DNA from: Octopus vulgaris
Lineage: Eukaryota
DNA: 64,000 bases
Assembly: GCA_951406725.2 (NCBI GenBank)
Contig: OX597817.1
Coordinates: 100,378,001-100,442,000, forward strand
Reading direction: 5' to 3'
Shown here: positions 13,511-27,309 of the stretch, in pieces
Numbering within the stretch: position 1 is the stretch's first letter
Layout: the number at the start of each line of letters is the position of its first letter
The notes under the pieces: model-generated
Database searches by the model: none
Told to the model about the DNA's origin: nothing
The model's input: only the letters and a program-made list of their open reading frames with translations
Position numbers and translations under genes: made by a program

Positions 13511-13649
13511 GTAAGTTGTTGATAAATTGTGTGTGTATGTGTGCATGTGTATAGAGGCAAAGTGGATATTACATGGATTTATAGAAACAAAGTAGTTCAT
13601 GTAATTATAACAATTTTGATTAATTTCTCTGGTTCCATTTTTTTTTCAG

Positions 13650-13758
13650 GCAAAATCTAAAAAAGGTAACCGTAAAAGATTAAAAACTGAAGAATCTCCT
13701 GAAGACATCCAGCCTTCAATGTCTCCTGGGCATTCAGCTTCTCACAATTTATCACCAG
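13650..13758 (+). CDS. PHF8: KDM7/PHF8-family exon
   Basis: tttttcag acceptor, AKSKKGNRKRLKTEE..., G|GTAATC donor; phases consistent. Confidence 0.8.
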
Positions 13759-14711
13759 GTAATCTTGTTTGAATTTGTGACAATGAGGATTTAAAATTTT
13801 ATTGTAACTGTATTTAATTACACACTTATTGTAACCGTATTTAATTACACGCTTTGTCAGTGCCTTAATTTAGTCTCAAAACTGATTAAATTCAGCATGT
13901 TATCCTTATCGTCTCTACCAGCCTTATTTTGGGGTCTGTTTCTCTATGCAAGTATAGGTTGAATAGGTCTGAAAAATAGCATTGTTACTCATCCTGATTC
14001 TTTATCAATTTATTTACAAGACCACCCCACTTCTTTCCATATCATCTTCAGTCTTGTTGGCATGCAACACTTGTCATCTGTTCACATTATATGTTCATAC
14101 TCATGCAGTTTTGTCTTCTGTATATATCAGTTATGCATTTAATGGCCAGCCATTTGCACTCAAATTTTCTTGCAAATGTATAAAATCATATTTATTTCTC
14201 AACATCCTTTACAGATTTTCAACATTCAGTGCCCATGTTGCATTGTCTTGCAATGTTATGTTTCTTACACATACTTCATCAGTCCTCTTTTTGAATTGAT
14301 AAAGGAACCTCTTGATTCTTGTATAGGTATTAACTTCCTGAACCTTTTCTATCACTTTCATAATTCGACTTCTATACTTTTATTACAACATCAACTCTAT
14401 TTAGATTACATTCATACCAGAAACTACCTGTTACCTATAGCATCTAGCAGCTCCTACTACTAACTGATCCTGTGTATAACTCATTAACATTGTAACTGCT
14501 GACAAGGCCACAATGCTTGAAATCAGAATTCTACTCTACTTTCTTTAATTTTGCTCTTCTAGACAATTGTTTTTTATTATTGCTAAAGCAATTCGAAATT
14601 GTATCTTTTCTTCAATGCTTGTTTGGATTGTTTTGTCATCTAATTATTTACTGGTGTCATTTGTAAGTCTTTTTAAAAGCTATAGTAGCCTAATTTATTT
14701 CTCTTTAAAAG

Positions 14712-14728
14712 CATCAACAGTGTCATCT

Positions 14729-14761
<33 letters not shown>

Positions 14762-15017
14762 TCAACATCAACAACAACAACAACAACAGTATTACCAGCT
14801 GTGGCAAGTACATCAGCAGCTTCAGATAGCAGTTTCTCACCAGCTAATGTTACAAGTATGCCACCAAAAGGAGCTGTGGCCCCAGGAACTCCAAGTACAA
14901 TAGCAGTTCCAGGAACGAGTAGTGGCATTACTAGTAGTAATGGTGGTGTCATTGGATCAAGTGGAGGGTCTCTCCAACCTCGACCATTTTCTTCACCTTT
15001 AGGTTATCCATCTAAAC
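14712..15017 (+). CDS. PHF8: KDM7/PHF8-family Thr/Ser/Gly-rich exon
   Basis: Open frame ASTVSSTTTT...PLGYPSK, C|GTAAGT donor; acceptor is AAG at 14711 or CAG at 14720 (both in frame). Confidence 0.75.
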
Positions 15018-15938
15018 GTAAGTGATGCTAATTTTTAATAAAATTATCTGGGTTCTGAAATTTTTCAATTTTTTTTTTTTTACCATTAACAATACAAGAG
15101 CCAATCAAATATTTAAGTACCAGTACATCCTTTAATGTCAAGAATTCTGGTTCTGGATCAAGGGTTTAGTAACGTCAGCCAGCCCTGCAGGCATATTTTG
15201 CTGATAACTGAAACATTTCCTAGACACTAAGTTAGTTTCTAAATATTAATAATTTTCACACATTTTAAGTGGTTTCAATCATTTGACTCTGGCCATGCTG
15301 GGGTACCATTTTCAAGACTTCAAGACTTCAGGTCAATCAGATTGACCCCTTATTTTAGTGAATAACGAAGTTAACTTCTTGACATGAAAGGACACAACTT
15401 GATACATAGATATTATATATATACACACACACACAAAGTAATGCCTCAATATATGAGTTAATTTATTCCTGGAGACCACTCATAAAGCAGAGCAACAATT
15501 TCTTATAATAACAATGTTATAAATTGTTAATTCATTTCCAGAAAAATATTTTACCTATAAAATTTATTACACTTGTAAATAAATGGCAATAAAACAACAG
15601 TGGAATGTAAAGAATATGTTATGTAAAGTAAAAAGAATGCCAAGATCATTTTTAATAAAAAAATATTATTATTGTAATCATTTTCTGAATCACTTTCACT
15701 TGCACTAGACTTGTGCACACTGTTGCTTATAGATGTGATTGCTGATTCACAAGTCTAGAGTTGTTTGCTCAGAAGCTTTTTTTTTCTCTATAAATTTCTT
15801 GGTAACCTGCAGAAGCATTTGTTATGGTAGTAGAAACTTTTGCACTTCATTCAAAGTTTGGATCTTGTGCTTGAAAAATATAACTCGTGAACCTAGGCTC
15901 TTGTAAAGTGAGGTATTACTGTTTATGTATATATATAT

Positions 15939-16405
15939 CATCATCATTTAATTCCGCTTTCCATGCTAGCATGGGTTGGACGATTTGACTGAGGACTGGT
16001 GAACCAGATGGCTGTGCCAGGCTCCAATCTGATCTGGCAGTGTTTCTACAGCTGGATGCCCTTCCTAATGCCAACCACTCCAAGAGTGTAGTGGGTGCTT
16101 TTATGTGCCACTGGCATGAGGGCCAGTCTGGCGGTACTGGCAACGGCCATGCTCAAAATGATGTTTTTTATGTGCCGCCTGCACTGGCAATGACCTCGCT
16201 CGAATGTTTTGTTCACGTGCCAGTGAGGCAACGCTGGTAATGGTCACGCTGAAATGGTGCTTTTTACGTGTCACCAGCATGGAAGCCAGACAGCTGCTCT
16301 GGCAGTGATTCCGCTCAGATGGAGCTGTTAGCGCTCCACTAGCACGGGTGCCAGTCATCGAATTTGGTTCAATTTCGATTTCACTTGCCCCAACAGGTCT
16401 TCGCA
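15939..16405 (-). mobile_element. RTE 3'-end copy
   Basis: Collinear with 27310-27780. Confidence 0.8.
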
Positions 16406-17439
16406 GTATATATTAACAATTTGATTTAGCTCCTCATATTGCTTCAAATTTTGTAGATGTGAAGTAAATAGGACCAGCTCCTTGGAAATATGGAGACAAA
16501 GTGATGGGGTAAGGCAAGTTGGGTATGTCCACAAAACTTAAAGCAACATGGGAAGCTAACTCAACCTGTTGATACATACAATGCCATCTATGTGTTGACT
16601 GTCAACTTGGTATATATGTACTATGATTGATTAATCCTACCACACTATGTGTGTGATATATATATATTTGTGTGTGTGTGTGTATATGTATATATATATA
16701 TGCATGTATATATGTATGTGTGTGTGTATGTATATATGTAATATTAATTATATAACAGACATATTTTATGCGTTGTAAAACACATTTTTCCTCAAATTAA
16801 CTGTCAGGATTACATAATTACTTGTTGAAATGTTATATAATCTTATGAAAAACTTCCTCAGTGTTTAGCAGAAAATATAAAGAATGGTGTTTAGTGCTCA
16901 ATATATATATATATATATATTTTTTTTCCCAATATGCAAATTATCAACATCATCAGTGGACTGGCTGAATCCAGGACAGCGTAGTAGGAGAAAAACAGAG
17001 TACAAGTCTTGTAGACAAAGGAACTCCAGTACTGCCCCCCCCCCCCCCTCCCTCCTAACAACACATAAAATGCTGGCATAGTGAAAATGACATCAGCAGT
17101 AATAATAATCATTTTTAATGTCCACTTTTCCATGCTTGCATGGAGCAGTGTTTGTTAAGGTAGATTTTCTATAGCCAGATGTCCTTCCTGCCACCAACCC
17201 TCTAGACTATCTTTGTGGAAGTGAAGGACATTGAACTTTTTGAAGAAATTGGTGTAGCTGTGATAAGAATTTAGTTTCTACTCAGACTTCTGTTTTCCTT
17301 TGAACATATGTGCACAAGGAAAATTAAGTGATTTCCACTGAAACCTAATACATCATATATGTACACATGTACCTCTTGAGGTGTGTGTGTATGTATTGCA
17401 TAATTTGCTTATCCTTAAATTTACTCATATATAACCGAT

Positions 17440-17658
17440 CATGGCCATTTGCCAGCCTCCTCTGACCCTTGTGCCGGTGGCACGTAAAAAGCACCCACTA
17501 CACTCACGGAGTGGTTGGCATTAGGAAGGGCATCCAGCTGTAGAAACACTGTCAGATCAGACTGGAGCCTGGTGCAGCCTCCTGGCTTCCCAAATCCAGG
17601 TCGAACCGTCCAACCCATGCTAGCATGGAAAACGGATGTTAAACGATGATGATGATGA
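17440..17658 (+). mobile_element. RTE 3'-end copy with (GAT)n tail
   Basis: Same core as 11630-11988. Confidence 0.75.
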
Positions 17659-18143
17659 TATACATACATACACACACGCTCATACAGATTCTGATGCATC
17701 ATGAGCATTAACTCCACATTGATAAAATGATACTATTACTTTTCTGTTACATTACATAGGTTTATGTAATCTTGTAGCTATTTCTTTTTATGTCCCTATT
17801 TAACAAGCAATTTCTTTCTGTCCATATTCAATGAATACACCAACTTCTGCACACTTAACATGAGAAAGTAAGAGGCAGGGGGCATAAACATGCAGATATG
17901 TTCATATAATTTGTCAAATTAGGTTAATCCCTAAGATAGCACATTAAAGGTGGCCAACCTGTGATTGAAATAAGAGTTGTTCAACCAGGACTGAACAATT
18001 ATAGGAATCAAAATACAATAAGGATTTCTCATAGCATGTTATTGCAATGCAGTTACCTTCAATATAATGATAATGAAAATTTACTTAAATATTTATTGAA
18101 TTCATTCATTGACATATTTTTCTTTTTCTCTTTCATCAATTAG

Positions 18144-18223
18144 CCAAGAAACCTAAAAAAGGATTTGCCACTGCCAAACAGCGACTTGGAAGAATATTAA
18201 AGATACACAAAATGCGATTCTGA
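18144..18223 (+). CDS. PHF8: KDM7/PHF8-family terminal exon
   Basis: (P)KKPKKGFATAKQRLGRILKIHKMRF* matches the conserved KDM7-family C-terminus KKGLATAKQRLGRILKI. Confidence 0.93.
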
Positions 18224-20859
18224 AGGTGAATGTAATATAAAAAGAAAAAAGGGAGGAAAATTAAGTGAAGCCAGTTGGAAAACTGTCATAGAGATGCTCA
18301 CAGAGATATTTTTCACATAAACATATATTTGTTTAATTTTTTTTTTTCATCCAAGCATTGAGTGAATGACTCTTTATGTTTGTGCAACTGATCTCACTAA
18401 GGTGTGCAAGTTAACACAAGTGTGTGCATGTGGCTTGAGTGAAAGTAGCAGCATAAGTCATGAATTACACCAAAGTGGGACCGGTACCAATAACTGTCCA
18501 AGCCATCCTTTTGGTTTTCAAAGTGTAAAAAGGCTAAGGAAAACTTGAGGAACTTTGCTATGGAAAAAATTTTCAAACATTCATAAAGTTACAGAAGTTA
18601 TAAAATTATAAGTGGACAAAATTAGTTTGAAAACTTACATGTAAGTATCATTGAAAATGGGGAGAGATATGAAATTAATTGTTAATTGTGAAAGAGTGAG
18701 ATTACTGGTATTTTAGTATTTTTTATTAGAATTATAATTTTGTTTAGATATCCTTTGTATGAAAAATTTAAATTATTATAGTGAATTTTTTTTTTTGATT
18801 TAATTTTATTTTTGCACATTGTAAAATATTGCAAATTGACTGCCATATATTGAATACTTGCTGAGTATGCAGCTCTTATGCCACATTAATTCTGATTTAT
18901 TAACTAGACATAGGGGAATATGCTAATTGCTATTTTAAGACTTTGAAATATAGGGATTGAGTCTTTTTACTGAAACTACTGTATTTGATAGATATAAGAT
19001 TTTATGTATGTATGTAAATACACATTACATACAAATTAAATATACAGACATACCTATGAACACAACTGATTTGGCACAAAATGTATAAGTAAATCAGAAT
19101 TTATTGTACTGACAAAACTGGTGACCAGTAAAGCTTTTATGTAATTATCACGATATGCTCCTGCATTTTCTTTCTTTACATTGGTTTGTGATGCTTTTTG
19201 GTCGTTTGTTATTGTTCTACTGTAAATGTATGGTTGTGTTATAAAATTGGGATTTCTTACTTCATGTCATTTATTCTCGAATTTTAATTATTGCTGGACA
19301 GATTCTTTGCCCATGAACTATTCAACAGAGGTAAAATCTGGTATTCTAATGCAAGCATCATCTCAAATGCGAGGTCTTCTATTTGATTTACTCATTTATT
19401 TGTTTGAAGCTTGGACAATATACCAGCAATAATTACACCTGAACTCCTTTGATCAAAGATCTACTCCATCAGGGTTGATTTGGGGCTACCTGTTTCAGGC
19501 ACACTGCAAAGCAGCTTATAGATGTTAATTACCAAGTCAAAGAATACTCAACTAAAATTTAGTGACTAAGACTAATCTAGAATTCATTATGGAGTAAAGT
19601 ACACATTTACATTGTCAGTGTAGATACCAAATAATTAAAAGTAAATTATTGCTGGGTCTACTAACCAGTGACCTAGCCTATTCAAATAAGTCACACTCTG
19701 ATTGAAATAGCTTATTTAATTAATTTCTTGAGATGGTTTGTCGACAACCTTTCTTTCTTAACCATTTCCATATGTATATGATGTATTTAGTTGACAGGCA
19801 GGGTATAGAAAAAAATATCAATGAAAATCTCATATACAGGGCCTAATACTTATTTTGTATCATCAACTGCTACAAGTGCAAATGAAATGCTCTAGATGTG
19901 AAAACTTGATCACCAAATAATTACACCACCACTGTTCCTATCAGATACAAAATTTCAGGGTTGCTATCGTCAATGTTGAAAGATAAATCTGGGAAGATTG
20001 TACAAATGCTGCAGAGAAGAGTTCTTGGAGTTGATAAACTATATTCTTAGAACAAAAATGGATAAAAATACTGAGGTAATCAATTAGTGACAATAATGAA
20101 ATTTCATCAGTAACTGCAATCCCTGTACCTGCATCACAATTAGGACTGGCAAAGGAGCAAAACAACTATTTGGGACCGCTTGCAGACTAACTAATGATCT
20201 CATTATTATGGTGGTGAGCTCAATGCATTTTTGAGGAACATCATGTTGACTATAGTTATGATACAGGAGAGCAAGCTAGGCCATGTGATATAAAACGACC
20301 TAACCATTTGCAACATCTTATTTCAGGAAATGTCCGATAACTTACCACTCACATATACTTAATAGAGAAGTGGAAAGTAAGAAGTTGGTCACTATTTTGG
20401 AAGTGCAGAGTAGTGTTAGTATGAATCATCATGTTGGAGAGGCATGGAAATGTTACCTCAAAAGGTTGCTGATTAAGGAGTGTGTAGGAGGGGACCTACA
20501 CTGATTTCAGAGAGAGCAGGTGCTCAACAACCATATGATTAAAAGTATATTTAAGGATATGAACAGTCAGCAGATGAACTAGCAAGGATAATGCTGAGAA
20601 GCTGAAGATACTTTGGCTATCATTTGTATAATTGATCAGATAGCAGAGGAAAGAGTCATTCAATACCTGGCATGAGTGGATCATTAACTGCTAGTAGAAC
20701 AAAGTAGATGCTCTAAGAGGTCTACTTTAGAGATATCAAACAGATGGAGTAAGTTATGAAAGTAACAGAATTATAGTACAACTAATTAGAAAGATTGATA
20801 GAAGATGCATGAGACACTATAATTAGCATTTGTTGATCAGGAGAAGGCCTTTAATAAGT

Positions 20860-22640
20860 ATCTCACATTTTGTTGAAAACAAGGTGTAGATGACAATGCC
20901 AGGTGAGTTGTAGCACAAGTTGGTGGTTGCTCACTTGGATAAGGGGAAGGTTAAAAAGCATGTGAAAAAGGGAACAGTTGAGAGGAGAATGGTGTGGAAA
21001 CTGAAGGAAGAAGAAACAAGAGCAAGGTTTGAGGAAAGAGTTGGGGAGTTGGTAAACATTGATGTACAGGATTTGAGGAAGTCTTTTAAAGAAGGGGTAC
21101 CAAAGGCATGTGATGAAGTGTATGGAAGGATGAAGGGTAGGAGAGATCGAGGAAATATGTGGTGGTAGAACGAGGAGGTGAGGGATGCAATAGCGAGGAA
21201 GAAGGAGGCACACAAAGCTTTATGTAATAATAATTGTGAGTAAATGAAAGCCAGGTATAATAACATGAAGAATTGTGCAGAGGGTGGTTGTGGGATCTAT
21301 GAGGAGGGAGGCTGAGCGGGCTGGATGAGAACCCTGATAGTGTTTAGGTTTATCAAATCAATGAAAAATGATGGAAGAGATGTTGAGCGAGGGCGATGCA
21401 TGAAGGGGAGTGATGGAAGGTTGAATTTTAGCGAGAAGGACAGGGGAAGAGTTTAAAAGGAGCATATAGAGGGAATTATGAATGAGGAGAATGAATGGGA
21501 TCAGAGGGTGGAATTAGCTGTGGTGAAGGGGCCAGTGAAGAGGGTTAGTTGGGAAGAAGTAGTAGAGGCGATGAAGGAAATGAAAACAGGAAAGGCAGCT
21601 GGTCCATCAGAAGTGTGGAAATGATAACTGCAAGTGGATAGATAGGGATTGTTGTGATGATGGAGCTCTGCCAGGGCAAGCTGGATGGAAGAGAAATACC
21701 AGATGATTGGGCTCTAAGTGTGGTGGTACCAATCTTCAAGGGGAAGGGGGTGTGATGTGTTGTGGGGCTATTAGAGGAGTGAAGTTATTGGAGCATGCAA
21801 TGAAGATAGCGGAAAGGGGTGGATGTGGATGAGATGCAATTTGGTTTTATGCCAGGAAGGGGGACAATAGATGCAGTGTTCATTGTAAGGAGATTACAGG
21901 AGGGATACCGAGATAAAAGGAAGGAGTTGTACATGTGCTTCGTTGATCTGGAGAAGGCATTTGATAGTGTTCCAATGAGGTGAATGAGTGGGCATTGAGG
22001 AAGAGAGGTGTACTAGAGGTAATAGTGAGAGCAGTCATGAGTTTGTATGAGGGGGTAAAGACGAGTGAAACTTGGATCAAAGCTGTCAGAGGAGTTTGTG
22101 GTGAAAGTTGGTGTGCATCAGGGATCTGTGTTGTCACCATTGTTGTTTGCAGTAGTGGTTGATGTAACGGAGAGTGCAAGAGAGGAACTGCTAATGGAGG
22201 TTCTGATGAGTGAGACGATGGAGGGATTGAAGGAGTGAGACATGGTGTTTGAGAGAGATGGCAATTTTGAGAAGGACTGAGAGAGCAATGGCTAAAGAAA
22301 TGTGTGGCCTGAGGCTGTTTGATAAGAGGAGGGCTGAGGACTTGATGGGGGATGGAGGAATCAGTGGAACAGCTGATAAGAGCAAATGGAGTGCAGTGGT
22401 ATGGGCATATATTGAGGAGGGATGCACGTTCTGAAGTGGGTGCTAGAGTGTGAGGTAAATGGACAACGAAAGCAAGGCAGACCGAAGAAAATGTGGAGCA
22501 GGAGATTGGGAGGGTTGGCTTGAGAAGGAAGGATGCCCAAAACTGGATAAGATGGTGAAAGGGCGGTTGCTATGGCATTGAGGTAGATCCAGTCACCCCC
22601 ATTAACGGGGACAAAACCCCGTATTCAAAATGATGGATAA
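20860..22640 (+). mobile_element. Decayed RTE-clade LINE (second family)
   Basis: Frameshifted RT motifs QFGFMPGRGTIDAVF, FVDLEKAFD, VGVHQGSVLSPLLF; C-terminal GRPKK. Confidence 0.85.
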
Positions 22641-24175
22641 TGAAATGAGTGATTTTTATGTACAGGAATGCTGTCAAACAAGTTCACTAAGAAATTTAGC
22701 ATGCTAGTAAGTGTACAGCAGGATTCAGTTCTCAGCTGCTTACAGTTCACCAAGCCTATACCAAGAATTTAAACTAGTCTGTGCTAAAATAGGTATGCCA
22801 ATGAGATAGTTGACAGAAAAAATCAGAAAAATTGAAGTTAACTTAGACAAAAGTCTTAGGAGAGAAGGAAAGATCTTACTGCTGTCAGTGAAATGGGAAT
22901 GCTTGATATGGATTGATCGACAACTTTGCTTGCAGTACAAAGGGGAGATGTGTGTTTTATAAAAACTGGGTGGAAAAAAGCTCAGGAAGCTTTACTTCAA
23001 CAGTAAAGGGTTTCTCCCTCTCTCTGGGTGAAGAGTAGAATAGAAGAAAAATAATATTGTGAGGTAGAGAAACAAGCATTGAATGCGAGAAGATTGGAAA
23101 GAAGTGTAGAAAGCTTTCTCCATTGATATAACACATATGGAGTAGAAATGAAATAAGTAAAACTAGGCGCAAGAATTAAATGTATAGTGAAAAAGAGTAA
23201 ACTGAGTACACTGGTCCTAGGGTATGTAATATGAGAGTTGGTTAAAAAAGTACCATGCAATCAGTCAGTTAAAAGGAACCTAGTTGAAGAAGAGTTGGAA
23301 AATGGTGAAAACCAATCTAGCGAAACTGAACCCCACGAAGTGGTGTGAGGGGAAAAAAAAACAACATTAGGGAAAATTATGGCAGAAAGAGTCAGCCAGA
23401 TAAATGTTGGACACAACATCCAAGAAACATTTTTATTAACCCTTAGCATTTTTAAGCCAGCTAATGTTTTACTTGTTTTATAGTCAAATTCACATATCCT
23501 CATTCTAAAAAAGTCACATCAAAATCTCAAAGCCATGAGATAACACATGACAAATTCAAAACAATGTAAATAAAATAAGCATTACACTTGACAGACTAAT
23601 CTGAATGCTTAAAGGGTTAATTATTCCTTTTCTGCATCTTCTCTCTTTTCATATTTTTACATTTACTATTTGGTCTAGGCCAGCAGTTCCCAATATGTAG
23701 AGTGAAAATACTATCTTTTACTTGAAACATTTAATAAATGTCAAATGTTCATGAAATAACAAAAACCTATGGATGAAAAATTGGTTCTCTAAATATTTGC
23801 AGAAGATTGACATGCTAAAATAGGTTTTGGTATTAAGACTGTAACCCCTGGTGAAAAGGAAGATGCATCTTGGGAATGAATCTTTACAATAAACTGAAAT
23901 TTTGATATTCAAAATACATTCATTTTAATGGCAATTATTAGCTAATCAATATATTAAATTGTTGCCATAGCTTCTAGTTATTTAGGATTCAGGGTAACTA
24001 TGAATTGGACCTACAGACATGCATTCCAACTACTTATTTAGAATCAGGTAGTCAACTATATTAAGCTTTATTTTCCCCAAAAGAGGTCTGATTTGAAAAA
24101 TATTCTAGCTACAATCTTCCTTGTTGACTCAAAAACTTCTGATCAACAATAGTGCACTTCCTCCAGCTGATGTAG

Positions 24176-24588
24176 TTCCAAACATTGCAATGATGAATAG
24201 ATGCAATACTGATTCAATGTCATTGGTTTGCCATTTCAAATGGATTGAAAAAAAAAAACTTGTATATATATATATATATATACATATATAGTAGAACCTC
24301 ATACTTTGATCATAAATGAATTTTACTTTATCTCATATTCATTTAATACAATAGCACCTCGGTTTATGAACGCCTCTGATCATAAATAAATTGTGCTTTT
24401 TATATATCTATATATATACATACAAAGCACGATTTATTTATGATCAGAGTTGCTCAAAATTCGAAGTACTACTGTATATATATATGGTTCTTTAGGACAT
24501 AATTCCAAACATTGCAATGATGAATAGATGCAATACTGATTCAATGTCATTGGTTTGCCATTTCAAATGGAGTGAAAAAAAAAACTTG

Positions 24589-24620
<32 letters not shown>

Positions 24621-24836
24621 TAGTAGAACCTCATACTTTGATCATAAATGAATTTTACTTTATCTCATATTCATTTAATACAATAGCACCTCGGTTTATG
24701 AACGCCTCTGATCATAAATAAATTGTGCTTTTTATATATCTATATATATATATACATACAAAGCACGATTTATTTATGATCAGAGTTGCTCAAAATTCGA
24801 AGTACTACTGTATATATATATGGTTCTTTAGGACAT
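24176..24836. repeat. Near-perfect ~330-bp tandem duplication containing a small TA-flanked MITE
   Basis: 24176-24500 and 24503-24836 differ almost only in (TA)n/(A)n length and one substitution. Confidence 0.9.
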
Positions 24837-24905
24837 GGAGTAACTATAAATTTAACTTTACAGAATTCAAAATAACCCAAATAGCTGGTTTTACATAATG
24901 CACTA

Positions 24906-25500
24906 ACACAAGGCTGTCTCTGAAATTGGGTTGGGAACATTCTCTATTTCATTCTGGAAATTAAATATTTTATAAGATAAACAAAACTAGTCATTTCACA
25001 AATGAGATACTCATTCCAGAATAGAAGCAGTACTTAGCCTCATCATTAAGGTTACATATGTTACCCAGCTTTTCATCAATCTTAGGGGAAAGAAAACCCT
25101 TCCTGACATTTAGTTTGGATCATGCTTCACCAGGAATATATGTGAAGTTGAAAAATGACCTGAAAGCCATTGAGGAGAAATCTTTAGAGCAGTAAGTGTG
25201 AAGTGACATCATTTCTATCATTGTCTTTCACTTTGTCTCTTAGAATACAGCTCTTTATAGGAGAGGAAATTCATACGTCATTTTGTCTAGAAATCAGTTT
25301 CTTGGTTCCAAATTTCTTAAATTACTTCATACCATCAAAAACTTTGTCATTCTAATTTTCACATGTTCCACTCCTTACAAACACAGGCTACCTCTGAAAT
25401 TGGGCTGGGAACATTTCCCATTTGATTCTGGAAATTAAATATTTTATAAGATAAGCAGAACTAGTCATTTTACAAATGAGATATTCATTCCAGAACAGAA
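24906..25500. repeat. ~120-bp diverged direct repeat (24906-25025 and 25380-25500)
   Basis: CTCTGAAATTGGG...TTCTGGAAATTAAATATTTTATAAGATAA...TTCCAGAA present twice. Confidence 0.8.
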
Positions 25501-27309
25501 ACAAATAAAAGCAGTTGTATCTCTGACAATTCTATGATAATAGCAATAATGCTGCTTAATCCCTTAGCATTTAAACTGACCCAGATATTCATGTTTAAAC
25601 TGGCCAGATCTGGTCTCTTACACTTATCCTACATTGCTATTCTAAAAATAAATAATCACACAGAAAATTTGAAGCCTCAATATTAATCCAAAATGTGAAT
25701 AAGTAAGCATTACATTTGACAGAATAATCTGCATGCTAAAAGGTTTACACCTCATTTTCATATTGAGTGGCTAAATATATTTGGTCAATCGTACAGAGTA
25801 CTCCCAAGGCCTCTTCACTCTTTTACTAAACCAGAACAGTCATCAGATTAGTACAAGTTCTGACTATTCTCACATCTCCAACTGTGGCAAGGCAGCTTAT
25901 ACACATCTAATATTTGCATCTTATACTTGAGTGAACACTTAATTTGTTGGCTCTTTAAAGCAGTGGTTCTCAACCATTAAAAAAAAACTCTAAGAGATGT
26001 TTGTGTGTACCCGAAATATCTCAGAAATAGTATATATTTTATCTTAATTTTCGCTTTGACTCTCTGGAGTTCGTTAATTTCCATAAACCTTTTTATTTAT
26101 TTATTTTGCTTTAAAGTGAAAGATGTATGTACATATATATGAAATAGACATGTGAAATAGAGTGAGTGAAGGGGTGTGTTGTCATGTATACATATGTACA
26201 CACATCAATACACATGCATACATTTTCATATGTACATGTGCAGGAGAGAATGAGTGAGTGAACATGACTTCAGGTATGTGTAAGTTGGCACTCTCTCTAA
26301 TCTTCACTTAAAATCTTTTTAATAGAAATTAATGAACAAAACCAGCTGATCTAGATAACAGTTCTGAGAGTCAGAGCAAAAGCTTCCCCAAGGGAATACA
26401 ATTACAAAAACGTTTTCCTAAGTGCATTCAATGTATCTCAGCTCCAAAGATCTGGCTGCTATTAAACATGCCCTGCTACCAAGTAACAGCTATTTGTGAT
26501 AAAGGACTCAAAATACCTGTTACATGGTAGCAGGGCGTGCAAGAAATAGCAGCCAAGTCTTTCTTTTTCTGGGGAAAGGTGTCATTTACGCATGATTTCA
26601 GTGTCACATACGTTGAAATCATGTGAAATAATCTGGAAAAGAAAACTCCTTTGCTGGGAAATGCAGACTTTCCAGCTGACCCAACGGGTCATGGGTAATC
26701 TATTCGACACTCAAAGTAGTTTGATATTTAACCCTTTAGTATTCAAACTGGCCTCTTACACCTACCCTAAAATGTCATTCTAGAAATAAGCAATCACACT
26801 ATTAATTCAAAACAATGTGAATAAATAAGCATTACACTCACAAATTAATCTGAATACTAAAGGGTTAAAAGCTAGTTTTATATACTTGTTTTTTTTTTTT
26901 TTTGCAATATTGCGTAAGTTCATGGATCCTTGATATACTTTTGTAGGTCTCCAATTTAATATTTTGCCTGAGTGGTTCCCAGCTGAGAATCACTGCCTTA
27001 ACCCTTTAGAATTTAGATTACTCTGTTAGATGCAATGCTTATTTAGTCACTTAGTTTTGAATTAACTATGTATTATCTCATAGCTTCAAGATTTTTATGA
27101 ATAATTTACTTTTGGATTAACCTTTTCTTCACCAAACTGCCCGCAATCACATTCATATTTAAATGAGAATATCAGTGTATTAATACATTCATGAAAACAT
27201 GTTGATTCCACTTCGTAAACAAATGAGTTAGTTTCCAACATTGACCAATGGGATATATTAACTTTGTGAATTTTTAGAGATTTTCTTATCAACTCTTTTG
27301 AAGTTTGTA

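Noticed and set aside
24194-24220. ATGATGA...CTGA on the + strand in the tandem duplication
   Set aside because: Boxes only ~12 nt apart, no recognisable guide, intergenic
25135-25190. AG...GTAAGT-bounded open segment (IYVKLKNDLKAIEEK)
   Set aside because: No partner exons or recognisable homology
25445-25470. Minus-strand CTAGTTCTGCT resembling the SNORD38 guide
   Set aside because: No C or D boxes, outside RPS8, and not conserved in the duplicate copy
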